DNA from: Squalus acanthias
Lineage: Eukaryota
DNA: 64,000 nucleotides
Direction of reading: 5' to 3'
Assembly (NCBI GenBank): GCA_030390025.1
Contig: CM059432.1
Coordinates: forward strand, 51,524,001-51,588,000
The position numbers were made by a program, and so were the translations under genes. Below, piece after piece: positions 11,719-24,101 of this stretch (position 1 is its first letter; each line of letters opens with the position of its first letter). A model generated the notes under the pieces. The model made no database searches and was not told the origin of the DNA. It was given only the letters and a program-made list of their open reading frames with translations.

Positions 11719-13484
11719 CTACTTTTTGCCCTTCGAGGGTGATCTCCTTCCCTTGCGCACTTCCCCCCTTCTTACCCTACTGCTCCTCCGTAATGGGACC
11801 TCAGTGGCTGCAGCAAGGCTGGTGGAAGGCTGCTGATTGTCAGACCCTGACACTGCAGATGCCCTTGAAGGACGGCCTCGACCAGTTCTGGGCCTGGAGG
11901 GCCCGGCTGCAGACTGCACCAACTCTGCATGGGCGGCAGCAGTCTGTCCTACAGGCGGTGGCAAGTGCAGTGGAGAAGTGACAGTGTTGGCAGCAGGAAT
12001 GCTGTCATCTTGAGAGAGGACAGCAACTCCCTGCTCGACCGACACACTGGCACTCCCACGGGGCAGCACTTCAGCATCCGGAGCAATCTGCTGGAGCACA
12101 GATTGCTGGCCTGCTGCGGCGCGGTGAGAGCCCCGGGGAAATGTGAACGAACCATCGAGGATGGCAGCAGTCAGTGCTCGCGTGGCCTCAATCTGAGTCT
12201 GCATGAGAGCAGTCAGAGATGGGATCATGGCAGCCAGTGACTGAATTGCAGCACTAAGCTTTAGTGTGGCATCCGCCTGTGCTACAGCGAAGTGCTCCAC
12301 ACTCCTTGCCAGTGATTCAATGCATTCGGGCACCCTTCCCACTGCTCCCATGAGCTCAGTGTGCATGTCCACCGCCTGGGTGTTCATTTCAGCGATCAGC
12401 CGCTCCTCCTCTGCGTCCAGTGCAGTAGGACTCGCTGGCATACTCTCACTCCGGGGAGAAGGCCCCCGTTCTTCCCTACCCCCATGGCGTTGCTGCAGCC
12501 CGCTGGGTCCTGGAGCTTCACCCTCATCAGACCCTTCCCCCCTGCTCCCCTCCAGGGAAGGCGTGTTCTCAGTGTGGGCATGGGCTTCCTCGGGAGAGGG
12601 TGGCACTGATGCTCCGCTTTCATCTTCCTCCTCGGCTGCAGCTTCACTTCCACTGGCAGCTTGAAGGCCCGTCTCCTCAGCTGGTGAATCACCATCTGAA
12701 AGCAGGGAGGTACAAGAGTGGCTTTAGCGTGAGGACAGGGTGGCAGTAAGGGAGGAATAAGTGCAGCGATTTAGTAAGTTGGATTGAAAGTGTCAAAGGC
12801 TGGTGTTGTGAGGGACAAGTGGAAGGACAGAGGACAAAAAGGTGATGACCTTACCATTGCTGTCCAGAACGGGGTCGGCGTCTCCAGTGGCGACGGGACC
12901 GATCACCCGGCTTGCCACAATCCTGTGGACGCGCTCCTCAAGATCGCTGAGGGGTTGCAGCTGAGGCCGCCCTCCACCCGTCCGTTGCTGCTGTCTCCTA
13001 TTATGAGACAGCTTGGCCTGCAAGAAAAAGGACGGCGTCTGAGTAAATATACAGCCATGGTCTTGCCTGATGTGCCTCCCATAGGTGAATAGCCCTTACT
13101 GTATGCAAAGTGTGGAATGTGTGTGTGTGTTTCATGAAAGTGCCATAGGTGTTGGATGAGTGTTGTTAATTGGGGTTTTAAGACCCTCTGGCCATAGAGT
13201 GAGGTTGAGATGGAGGGATGGAGAGGTATTGAAAAAAAGCCACTCATCCTGACGACCCGAGTGAGGTCGTTGAACTTTTTTCGGCATTGTACATGGGTCC
13301 TGGGCACCATGCTCCTGCAGGAGACGCTCTGAGCCACCTCCCTCCACACTCTTCTGTACTCGGGCGGCAAAGGCCTCCTGCCACTCTCAGGGAAGAGTAT
13401 AGATTTTCTGCGCTCCACCGCGCCAACTGGAGCATCCAAGGCCCGCTCGCTGAAGCGCTGAGCTCGTTCTCTCACCCTCTCCAT
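11719..13484 (-). CDS. Harbinger Myb/SANT-like DNA-binding protein, about 458 aa, exons 13484-13248, 13017-12855 and 12695-11719; the first donor reads AT instead of GT
   Basis: The exons join in frame (phase 0, then phase 1) with no stops. Contains the RFSERAL...VWREVAQ...QCRKKFNDL trihelix/Myb motif and RTGGG. Acceptors cttgcag and ctttcag; second donor gtaagg. Confidence 0.85.
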
Positions 13485-15406
13485 AGTCCTTGGCTTGAAA
13501 ATGTAATCACAGGTCTCTCCAGGTCGAGATTCAAGGCTCCAATGAGCAGGGTGTGGCTGGAGAGCAAGATCGACCCTCCCCTTTAAGAACTGGCCGGCGC
13601 CAGTGTGTCTGTGTTCCATCGCTAACTGACATCACCTGCGCTGCGCCCGCGACTCTGAGTTAGCGCCTCACTCCTCGGCCTTTGCGCCTTAAGACAGGTG
13701 TGCAGCGCCTGATTTAGCGCTCCAATCACCTCCCGGGGCGTTAAAAGTCAAGTTTGCAGTCAGTGGCGATAATTAGCGCCAGGCGCTAATCTTTGCGCCC
13801 GGCCGATAATTGCGCCCCAAATGGGGCGATACTGAATTTTTCCCCCCTTGTGTTCTAACATTGATTACTGTTATGCAGAGGGATTTGTTCTGTGTGTATG
13901 ATTGGAGTTATGTTTGATCTCATTCTGCCATATATTACTTCTATTTGGGAAAATGCACCTAACTTTATGCCATTAATATACATCTAGAAATATTTAAAAA
14001 CAAATATCTCCCAGTACTGGATTTCTCGAGAGCTTGAGCAGAGAGCATAGCAGAGTGAGCTGGGAACGGAGTGAGCTGGGAACGGAGTGAAGACTTTCTA
14101 AATGGGAATTTGGTAAGAGTGAGAATTAGATGCAGAGGGGGAAATAGATGGTAAGTAAATTAACCGAGGGGCAAAATCATTAAAACAAGGGAATTCATGG
14201 AATTTAAATGAAAGAGGTTTATCTTTGTCTTTATTTCTCAAGGCTATTTTTAAAAAATTCAAACAAGCTTAAAACCTAATTGCATGAAAATGGAATAGTT
14301 TGTGTGTTGTAGCAGCTGTGAGGTTTGCCTTCCAGGCCCAGATTCTGGAGAGTTTCATCTGCAACATCTGCACGCTGGTCAAAGCACTCAAGGCTGAAAT
14401 GGTCAATGTTAATGAGGAACTGGCCACGTATGAAAATATTAGGGAGGGAGAAGTTTTTATAGATGAGCTATTAGAGAAGACCACGCTGGGGGTTGGAGCA
14501 GGAGAAGAGACCCCGGTATTGAAAGGAAGAGTTAGAAAGGGGGCCAAAAGTCATGGTCAGGTAATAAAGCCGGAGCAGTCATTCCTGATGCTCTCCAACA
14601 GTTTCTCTGCTCTGGAAAGATGTGGAGACTTAACAGTTGGCTGTGACAGGTGAGAATGTGCCATGCACTGAGGCAATCCAGAAGACTGTCAGGAAACGAG
14701 GGAAAAAGAGAAAGAGTATCAGACAGGCTGTGGTATTAGGGCATTCGATCATTTGATTTACAGACAGAATTCTGTGCAAACCAGACCTAGAAAAGGGAAT
14801 GGTACATTGCCTGCTGGGTGCACAGGTCGAAGCTCTGACATCCCAGGTTGACAGAATGCTAGAGGGAACAGGTGAGGAACCAATAGTTGTTGTCCATGTG
14901 AGAATGAATAGCATAGGTAGAAGTAGACCAGAGGTCCTTCATGCTAAATTTAGGGCAGTAGGAAGTTTAGGGAAGGATCTCAAGTGTAGTATTTTCTGAA
15001 ATACTACTGGTACCATGTGCTAGTGAAGAGAGACAGAGGGTAATTAGGCAGACCAACACGTAGCTAAGGCTTTGATATAGGGAATTAGAGTTTCAGTTGC
15101 TCAAACAGTGGGACACCTTTTGGAACAGGGGGAGCCTGTACAGACCAAATGGGTCTACCTAAACAAAGGGAAGATAGATGTGTTGGCAGGCAAATGGTGG
15201 GAACGTGTTTAAACTAGATGTGGTGGTGATTGATGTAGATGTAAGAGAGCACCTGAAGGAGAAAACCTTAAGGTGCTCCAGTGGAAACATAAATCAAAGT
15301 TTAGTGAATCAAAGTCTAATGGTAAGAGTAAAACAAAGTAAAAATGTCAATAAAGTTAATGGGAAAGGTAAAAAGCAATTAAGTGGTGCTTGCATTAATG
15401 CGCGAA

Positions 15407-15956
15407 TCATAGAATCATAGAATGATACAGCACAGAAGGAGGCCATTCGGCCCATCATGTCTGTGCCGGCTCTTGGGTAGAGCTATCCAATTAATCCCAC
15501 TCTCCTGCTCTTTCCCCATAGCTCTTAAATTTTCCCTTCAAGTATTTATCCAATTCTCTTTTGAATGTTACTATTGATCTGCTTCCACCACCCTTTCAGG
15601 CAGCGCATTCCAGATCACAACAACTCGCTGTGTAAAGAAAATGTTTCCTCAATTCACCACTCATTCTTTTGCCAATCACCTTAAATCTGTTTCCTCTGGT
15701 TCTCGACCCTTCTGCCACTGGAAACAGTTTCTCCTTATTTACTCTATCAAAACTGTTCATGATTTTGAACATCTCTATTAAATCTTCTCTCAACCTGATC
15801 TCTCCAGTCTCTCCACATAACTGAAGTCCCTCATCCCTAGTACCATTCTAATGAATCTCTTCTGCACCCTCTCCAAGGTCTTGACATCTTTCCTAAAGCG
15901 TAGTGCCCAGAATTGAACACAATACACCAGCTGAGGCCTAACAAGTGTTTTATAAA
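15407..15956 (-). mobile_element. CR1 3' fragment inserted in the older CR1
   Basis: (tctatgat)n tail, RT C-terminal peptides, short gaa duplication. Removing it restores NARSLINK. Confidence 0.9.
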
Positions 15957-18399
15957 GAAGTCTGATAAATAAGATGTGCGGCTTGGAAGGTCTTGCAGGG
16001 AGTGATAGATTGGACATCAGTTGCATCACAAAGATATGTTGGAATGATTCCAATCAATGGGATACCATATCAGGAAAAAAGGAGGTGGTGTGGCAGTATA
16101 TATAAACTCCAGTATTGAGGCACAGGTGAAAGACCAGGTAAAAAAGGAAAGGACAGACACAGAATTAATAGATGATAACAAAGGTAAACTATTACTGGGG
16201 GTATGCTATAGACCCACAGGCCAGGGTGAAAGCCTTAATATGGATCTATGGTAGTTGGAGATTTTAACTTGCCAGAAATTGACTTGGACAATAATTACTC
16301 TATTGGTAAGGAATGAAGGAATTTCTAGAGTTAATGGAAGATTTTAAAACTCAGTTTGTAAAATAACCAAAAAGTAGAGGAAAGATCTTGGATTTGATCA
16401 CGAGTAATAGGGATGTTGAAATCTCCAACTCAAAGGTGGGTGAGGCTTTAAGTTCCTGTGATCACAATGTGATCACATTTTGACATTACAAGGGTTGAAT
16501 AGGTTATATAAACCAAACAAAAATGACAAATTTTAAGAGGATCAACTTTATGTACTTGAGAAGTCTTGTCAGCATGAACCAGACAGGTTTGAATATGGCT
16601 AGTGAGTGGAGGAAATATGGAGTTCCTTCAATGAAGTGATTCTAAATACAATAGTTAACTACCATGCAACTCAAAGAAAAAAGAAGCATTTACAGTCATG
16701 AAGGAAAATGGCAAAGAATTAAGATGGATTCAATACCCAAAGGCATGCCAAGAGTCTTAAAAAGGCATCAGAAAATTTTTCAATTGAATATGGCAAGAGA
16801 AATGAAGGATAATGATAAAAGGTTTTTTTAGTTGTATTAAAAAAAATAGAAAAATGAGGGGTGGAGGGGGCCCACTAGAGGTAGGATTGGGTGAGGGCAT
16901 GACAACTGATGCTACACAGGCTGCAACGGTACTAAGTACCTTTTTTGCCTCCGTTTTTATCAAGGAGAAAACGGATAACTTATTTGATCTGGAAAGGAAA
17001 CTAGAGGGTGTTTCAGAGGTAAATTGTGACACTTCACATTACTACTAGCGTGATTGCCGAACAGCTGTGCAAACCTAAGGTGAATAGCTCTCAGGGGCCT
17101 GATAAGCTTTATCTGACGATCCTTGAGGAACTAACTGAGGACACTGCACAAATCTTCCAAAAATCATTGAATACTGGAGAAGTGCCTGGGGACTGGAGAA
17201 AGGCAGATGTTACTCCTATTTTTTTTAAAAAGGTATCAAGTGACTAGGAGACTATAGACCAGTAAGTTTGACCTCCATTGTGCGTAACGTTATGGAAACC
17301 CTTATTAAAGATAAGATCATGGAGCATCTGGATAGAAATAAAATCTTAAAAGGTAGCTAATATGGGTTCATGAAGGGGAAGTCTTGTCAATCTAATTTAC
17401 TGGTTTTCTTTGAGGGTGTGACAAAGGAGCTTGACAGGAGTAAGGCAGTAGATGTGGTGTACTTGGTTTCAGTAAGGCCTTTGATACAGTTCCTGTGGAA
17501 AGGCTGGTACTGAAAATAAAGAAAGTGGGCATCAGTGGAAATACTTTACAATGGATACATCGTTGGTTGACCGATAGACCAGAGTTTGGTGGCACAGGGA
17601 TTTTCATCCTTGGAAAATGTTACCAGTAGGGTCCCACAGGGGTCTGTTTTGGGACCTCTTTTGTTTACTATTAATACATGATCTGGAGCTAGGAGTCACA
17701 AGCACAGTGGCTAAATTTGCAGATGATAAAGCTAATGATGGTGGTAGACTGCAAAGCTGAACAGGATAAGCTACAAGATAATTCGAATATACTTGGGAAT
17801 TGGGCAGACAGTGGCAGTTTAAATTCAATGTAGAGAAATGCAAAGTGCTTCACATGGGGACAAAAAATCCAATAAGGGACTATTACGTAAATGGAAAGAA
17901 AATAAAGTGTATGGAAAATGAAAGGGATCTGTGATTCCTAACTGAAAATAAATTGAAGCTATTGCAACAATGCTCAGTGGCAGTGAGTAAAGCAAATCAG
18001 ATGTTGGGATATATTAAAAGGTCAATATTGAGCCAAAATAGTGAGATAATCCTACCACCTTATAAATTATTGGTGTGACTGCATTTAAAATACTGTGTAC
18101 AGTTCTGCTCACCTCAGTACGCAAAGGATATTGCAGCTATTGAGGACACAGTAGAGAGCAACCAGAATGATTGAGGGGATGGAGGGATTGGATTATGACG
18201 AGCGATTACATAAATTGTACATGTTTTTATTGGAAAAGAGAAGGTTAAGAGGTGATATGATTGCTGTTTTTAGGATTCTAAAGGGACTAGATAATGTAAC
18301 CCCCATGTCGAACTGTTATATCTTGTCCAAAACAATAGAACCAGAGGACACGGTCTGCACTTGAAGGGGGGTAAATTCAAACTAATCTGTTGAAACATT

Positions 18400-19225
18400 G
18401 AGCTGGATATTTACTGGGGCAGGTGGGGGGAGGAGGTTGGATGGGAAACCCCGGAAGTCTGGGTTTCCCCGCATGCTGTGGAGTTTTAACTGAATTTTGG
18501 TGAGTTTTAACTCCACAGCGTACGACTTTTAGCCCTGACAGGTTCCCTGCCTGGAAGTCAGCCTGATTGACAGGCTTGGCTTCCAGTCAGGTGGGGAGCA
18601 CTCCAGAGGAGGCCGTAAGACCGGGTAGGTCCGCTCCCCGACCTCAGGGTGGGGGGTCCGATCTCAAAGAGTGTCAGATCCCTGATCACGGAGGGAGGGT
18701 TTGATCAAAGAGGGGTCCGATCCCGAGCCCCAGGGAGCAGTCCAATCCCAAAGGGAGTCCGCTCCTTGACCACGGGGGGTGGGGGGTCGGAAACCCAACC
18801 CGGGGGTCCGATCCCCGACCCGCGGGCGGGGGGGGGCGGGGGGGTCCGATCCCAGGGGGGTTTGTATGATGGAGGGGGCTCTGATGGTGGGGGAGCTTGA
18901 GGGGCTGGGAGGAAGCACTCATGCTCCCCCTGGCCCACTAAGAGTGCTGTGAAGGCAATTGCTTTCTCCCCGAGCTATCTTCGCCTCGCTGCAGCTGCCG
19001 TCTTTCCTGAGGCTGGGAAACCTGGCCGGCCACAGTAAAACCTGCAAAGCAGGTTAAATCTGAAACTTCCAGCCTCATTAACAAATTTAAAATTCCAACC
19101 CACTTCATGGGAGCAGGTTGGCTGCCCACCCCTTGGCCTACCTCAGCAAAACTCAGATGTCAGGGGGTTGGAGCCAGCTCGGAATTTTTGCCCATTTAAC
19201 CCCCCACCTGCAGCCAATTCCCCCC
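18400..19225. mobile_element. GC-rich Harbinger-type MITE
   Basis: TSD ATT (18397-18399, 19226-19228). Removing it restores CR1 KHYFS. Homologous to 59170-59788 and 38560-39615. Confidence 0.8.
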
Positions 19226-19337
19226 ATTATTTCAGCGAGTGGTGAATCTATGGAACAGGCTCCCTAGGGAGACAATGGCAGCAGATAGCGTTGATTCATT
19301 CAAATATAAATTAGATAGATTTCTTTCAGAAAATAAT

Positions 19338-20022
19338 GGCCCTGAAATTGCGATGTCTGTGACAGCGTACTCTCAGAGTACGCCATCATATTCCCTTTGA
19401 AATGCCCCACAAGTTTCAGATTTCGTACGCATTGACAGGCCATCCATGGGGGGCCCCGAAAAAGAAATTGCTGCCGCAGAGTTGGGCTATTTGCCCAGCA
19501 ACTTGCCAGCAATTGCCCACGTAAGTCTTACAGTTGATGCAAGCAGGTTTAGGGCCTGTTTGCATCAGCGTAAGGGGATATCTAAGGATAAATTAAACAT
19601 TTTCATATCCAAAATTATGCACATACACTGTATTAAATGAGTTTATGCAAATATTGGCCTGGATTACAGTTTTAATAATGTATAAAATTATCAAAAAATT
19701 AAATTTCTATTGATGTTGGTGTAATGAAGGTACTTATGAATAAAATTCCATTCCTGTAAATTGTATAATTATTAGATTTCGGGATTCCATTGCATATCAT
19801 TAGGGGATTCCCTTCATAAATGAGTGAAATGGAATTCTGCTTATTGATTGGAGGACCGGGCCCATGTGATCCCAGGCACGCTTCTGAACCGCCTGCCTCC
19901 CTGGGATCCGTGAGCCATGACACTGCCCGAGGCCTCGAGGCCAGAGACCGGAACTCTTCGCAGCCTGGGCGCCAGGAGGTACTTTCGTAATTGTTTTGCG
20001 GGTCACAGGCATATTCAGGACC
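19338..20022. mobile_element. Harbinger-type MITE with an AT-rich core
   Basis: TIRs ggccctgaaattgc / gcatattcaggacc, TSD AAT. Removing it restores the CR1 ORF2 end (FLSENNMLG). Confidence 0.85.
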
Positions 20023-21285
20023 AATATGTTGGGAATAATTTGAGACATTCCATATGGTAAGTGTAGCGTGCTCGGGAGGAACAGGTGGCTTTGGACCTAT
20101 GGTTCCCAAAGCTTTCCACCACTCGGGGGGCGGGGGGGGGGGGGGGGGGAGCGGTTTCCTCACCTCATATCTGGTCTGTTGTAGTGAAATTGATAGAGAT
20201 TGATTGCCATGATTAGTCAACAACTCCATTATTGTTGTATCATGCAACTACCTGCATGGTAGAAGGTGAGCTAGTTGGACTTTGGTCTTTTTCCAATCTA
20301 GCAATTTCTATGTTCCTATGTTCTCAAATTCTGATGAAGAGTCTCACCTTAAATATTGGCTGATCTTTTTCTTTCTGACCTGCTGTGTATTTTTCTTATC
20401 TCTTGGTGCTTCTATCTACTTGAGGAAAAAAGCCTGTTTAACATCCTTATATCTTACAAATGATTGGTTAGGTTTAACCTAGTTCTAGGCACCATCCTTT
20501 ATTTATTCTGTATATAGAAGGTATGTCATGACCAGCAGTAGGTGTGATAAATATCTCCATGAGTGACTAAACCACAAGTAGATTATCATAAGCCTCATTC
20601 TGATTGTAATACCTGTAGTGTACTTCCAAGTAAAGCAATTAATTTGAATGGATTATATTTTTCAATTTTTGTAAATCAATAAAATCACTCGAACATTTTC
20701 TTGCTGCTATACCACTTTCATTTCCATTGATGTTTCTCCACAAGAGCATATGTAATGTATATTAATTATGAATGTTTGGGAACATTTTTTACTCTAGGGA
20801 TCCAGAGTCTAACAGAAGCCTTGAAAGTGGTTCGCTGCTGGTTAATGGATGTCATTAAAACATTAATATTGAATTACAATCTAACAACTCATTCTCAGCC
20901 AGACCACTGTATAAACATTTCCTATGGAGATTCTCATGTTAAAATGTCCACACTTGCCTATTAGGTTCCCCTGTGACACCAGTAGGTGGTGCTCTAATGG
21001 GAGTGTCAATATTTATTTCATGACTTGCCTGTCATGGGTCAAGGTCCACCACATGGTTATATTTCCTCCACAAATCACTCAAAATTAGTGGATCCTGTGC
21101 CATTGTACATGGTAAGTCAGAGAATATGGGTCCTTTTAACAGGCTTTTGCTTATGTCTTGTTGTTTCTCTTTTTGTCTCATTCCTTCTGTTTCCATCCTC
21201 TAAGCTTTTGGAAGATGCTGAAGCCTTGAAATAAAAACTTTAATAAAGGCACAAAAAAATGTAATGGATAAATGTAAGCATGTTT

Positions 21286-21724
21286 AAAGAAAGAAAGACT
21301 TGCATTTATATAGCGCCTTTCACGACCTCAGGATGTCTCAAGGCGCTTTACAGCCAATGAAGTACTTTTTGAAGTGTAGTCACTGTTGTACTGTGGGAAA
21401 CGCGGCAGCCAATTTGCGCACAACAAGCTCCCACAAACAGTAATGTGATAATGACCAGACAATCTGTTTTTGTCATGTTGATTGAGGGATAAATATAGGC
21501 CAGGACACCGGGGAATAACTCCCCTGCTCTTCTTCAAAATAGTGCTGTGGGATCTTTTACGTCCACCTGAGAGAGCAGACAGGGCCTCGGTTTAATGTCT
21601 CATCTGAAAGACGGCACCTCTGACAGTGCAGCACTCCCTCAGCACTGCACTGGAGTGTCAGCCTAGATTTTTTTGTGCTCAAAGCCTCTGGAGAGGGATT
21701 TGAACCCACAACCTTCGGACTCCG
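21286..21724 (-). mobile_element. tRNA-derived Deu-domain SINE (SacSINE1/AmnSINE1-like)
   Basis: B-box ggttcaaatcc on the minus strand, central core ggtgccgtctttcagatgagac..taaaccgaggccc, (tttc)n tail. Closely similar to 54363-54715 plus 57897-57995. Confidence 0.88.
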
Positions 21725-23017
21725 ATTATGAAATATGTAATTTTTTTTTAAATTTAAACCCTTATTTTGGACATTAGAAATTTAAGTTACTTGGAAAATG
21801 GCAGATGTTTTGTTTTCAAAGAGCATTATAATATTAAAAAAATTATACGGGGTTTGCATTGAAAACTGCTATGTAAGCATTTCCTATGGAGATTCCAATG
21901 TTAAATGCCCATACTTACTTGCTACACTTCCCTGTGACACCTGTAGATAGTGATGCAATAAGTGTTTCAATGCTATTTAAGCGATCTCCTGTAATGTTGT
22001 ACATTGTAAGTTAGAAAGTATGGTCATTCTTTTATTTGTCTGATTTCTTCTTTCTGTCTCACCTGTCCTGCTACTATCTCTCCCGTTCCCTCTTCTCTCT
22101 CTTATCTCTTCTTTTTACTTCTCTTTATCTTTTTCTTTTCTTCTTTCCTTCCAGGTGGGAGGTGGCGGACAGTATGGCAAGATATGGTTTGGAAAGGAGC
22201 GACCAATGGTTGTAGGCTGCATTTAGGGTGAGGGTTATTAAAATAATTTAATTGAAAAATGCATTTAAAAATAAGAGAAAAAACTGTGGTCACGGTGATT
22301 CCAGTTCAGGTCAATCAGGTTGGGCCCCTATTTTGATTGACAGCGATGTTATCCAAACAGGCCTTTGCCTTAATTTGATTGACAGTGGGTTCATCTAATC
22401 AGCTAGTGTTATTACTTTTGCTAACAAACCAAACCAATCTTGCAGGAGCATAGGGTCAGGGCAGTTGGCGGAGGGAGGCCAGGTGATGAAACCTCCCAGA
22501 ATACATCCAACAAGAATTGGTGACCTATTGCTATCCCTAGCCCAGCAGTGCTCAGGTTGATTATAAAACAACTAATACTGCTTCAGCTGAGATCTGCTAA
22601 CGCAGCACTAAGCACAGATCAAACATGTAACCTTACTGGTTTGTATGGCTTAGTACCAAACTAATTGCCTAGCGCACCTACCCACTGAGTCAGTGGAGAA
22701 CCCTGTGTTTCATTTTATTAAAGAATCTCCTGTTCACAATCATTCTTTCCATGTATTTTGAGAGTTTTCCATCACTGGCTTTCATTAACACATTCTGTGT
22801 TCCCTACTGGATTGGGCAAATTGGATTTAGGTCAGATCCTCAAGTTAAAACCAGAGTTCAAATTGTAAATTCTAAAAGACATTGTACATATTACTCATAA
22901 TCAACATCTATCCAGATAATGAGAATACAAAACCTGCCTTAAAGCACAATCAGTAGATGACTGCAAATTCAGCTGATCAACATTTCCCAGGAGAAACCTG
23001 CAAGCATTTGCCTGTCA

Positions 23018-23592
23018 CTTCTTCTTAGGCAGTCCCTCGGAACGGAGGATGACTTGCTTCCACATTAAAAATGAGTTCTCAGGTGACTGATGAGTCCAAT
23101 GCGGGACCTACAGTCTCTGTCACAGGTGGGGCAGACGGTGGTTGAAGGGGCGGGTAGGTGGGGTGCTTGGGTTGACGTGTGCTCCTTGTGCTGCCTGTGC
23201 TTGGCTTCCGCTTGCTCCCGGTGAAGAGACTCGAGGTGTTCGGCGCCTTCCCGGATGCTTCTCCTCCACTTTGTGCGGTCTTGGGCCAGGGATTCCCAGG
23301 TGTCGGTGGGGATGTTAGACTTTTTCAAGGAGGCTTTGAGGGTGTCCTTGAAGCGTTTCCTCTGCCCACCTGGGGCTCTCTTGCCGTGTCGGAGCTCCGA
23401 GTAGAGCGCTTGTTTTGGGAGTCTCGTATCGGGCATGCGGACAATGTGACCTGTCCATCGGAGCTGATCGAGTGTGGTCAAAGCTTCGATGCTGGGGATG
23501 TTGGCCTGAGCAAAAACACTGACGTTGGTACGCCTATCCTGCCAATAGATTTGCAGGATCTTGCGGAGGCAGCATTGGTTGTATCTCTCCAG
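23018..23592 (-). mobile_element. 5'-truncated RTE-clade LINE
   Basis: QLRWTGHIVRM..RLPKQ..GGQRKRFKD with a C-terminal C2H2 finger, (aag)n tail, and a 9-bp TSD tgcctgtca (23009-23017, 23593-23601). Confidence 0.92.
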
Positions 23593-24037
23593 TGCCTGTC
23601 ATTTACAAGCATCAATACACTCAGCTTTTTTACATAGGCTGAAACTGCAGAGAAAGAGAAAGACATCTTAACATTGGAACACAAAGAAGAAAGAGCTTGT
23701 TTCAAGATTTTCCTTCCTTTAAATTCTTTAAAAATATTCCAACAAGCAATCAACTGTGTTGCTATGTGTTGACCTAGTAATTATGTCTCTACCTCTGGGA
23801 TGGCTGATCTTAGTGAGTTCCTGTTTTCTGTCCATCGATCCCCAACCTGCTCCTCATCAGAGAATGTTTCCCAGTGATAATGTGTTCAGAAGGTATTGGG
23901 GTATGTCCTTATATTATGATTATTTGCTGCAATTTACATTTTATTGAAAGATTTCCTAAATATATACAAATAAAATCTCTTGTCCATCATATGGGTAAAT
24001 GTCAGGTATATGATGGAACACCAGTGAAAATGTGAGT

Positions 24038-24101
24038 ATGACACATGGACTCGATGGACCGAATGGCCTCCTTCTGTGCCGTAAATTTCTATGATTCTAT
24101 G
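24038..24101 (+). mobile_element. Very short CR1 3' end
   Basis: gatggaccgaatggcctccttctgtgccgtaaatttctatgattctatg matches the tail of 15407-15956. Confidence 0.7.

Larger units (their letters stand above)
9745..13846 (+). mobile_element. Full-length PIF/Harbinger DNA transposon, family 1 (4.1 kb, two convergent genes)
   Basis: TIRs gggctaaaaattcagt / actgaatttttccccc, TSD CTT (9742-9744, 13847-13849). Contains a HARBI1-like transposase and a Myb/SANT gene. Confidence 0.95.
14030..20323 (+). mobile_element. Old, near full-length CR1 LINE (ORF1 Zn-finger/esterase, ORF2 EN-RT, long 3' UTR) interrupted by three insertions
   Basis: ORF1 remnants at 14300-15215. EN start NAR|SLINK is split at 15406. 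RT motifs VPQGSVLGP and KFADD. Tail ttctatgttcctatgttc at about 20306-20323. Many stops and frameshifts. Confidence 0.88.

Noticed and set aside
19699..20247. 182-aa proline-rich ORF that looks like a host exon
   Set aside because: It straddles a MITE boundary (20022) and the antisense CR1 3' UTR, and the poly-Pro is just the G-tract.
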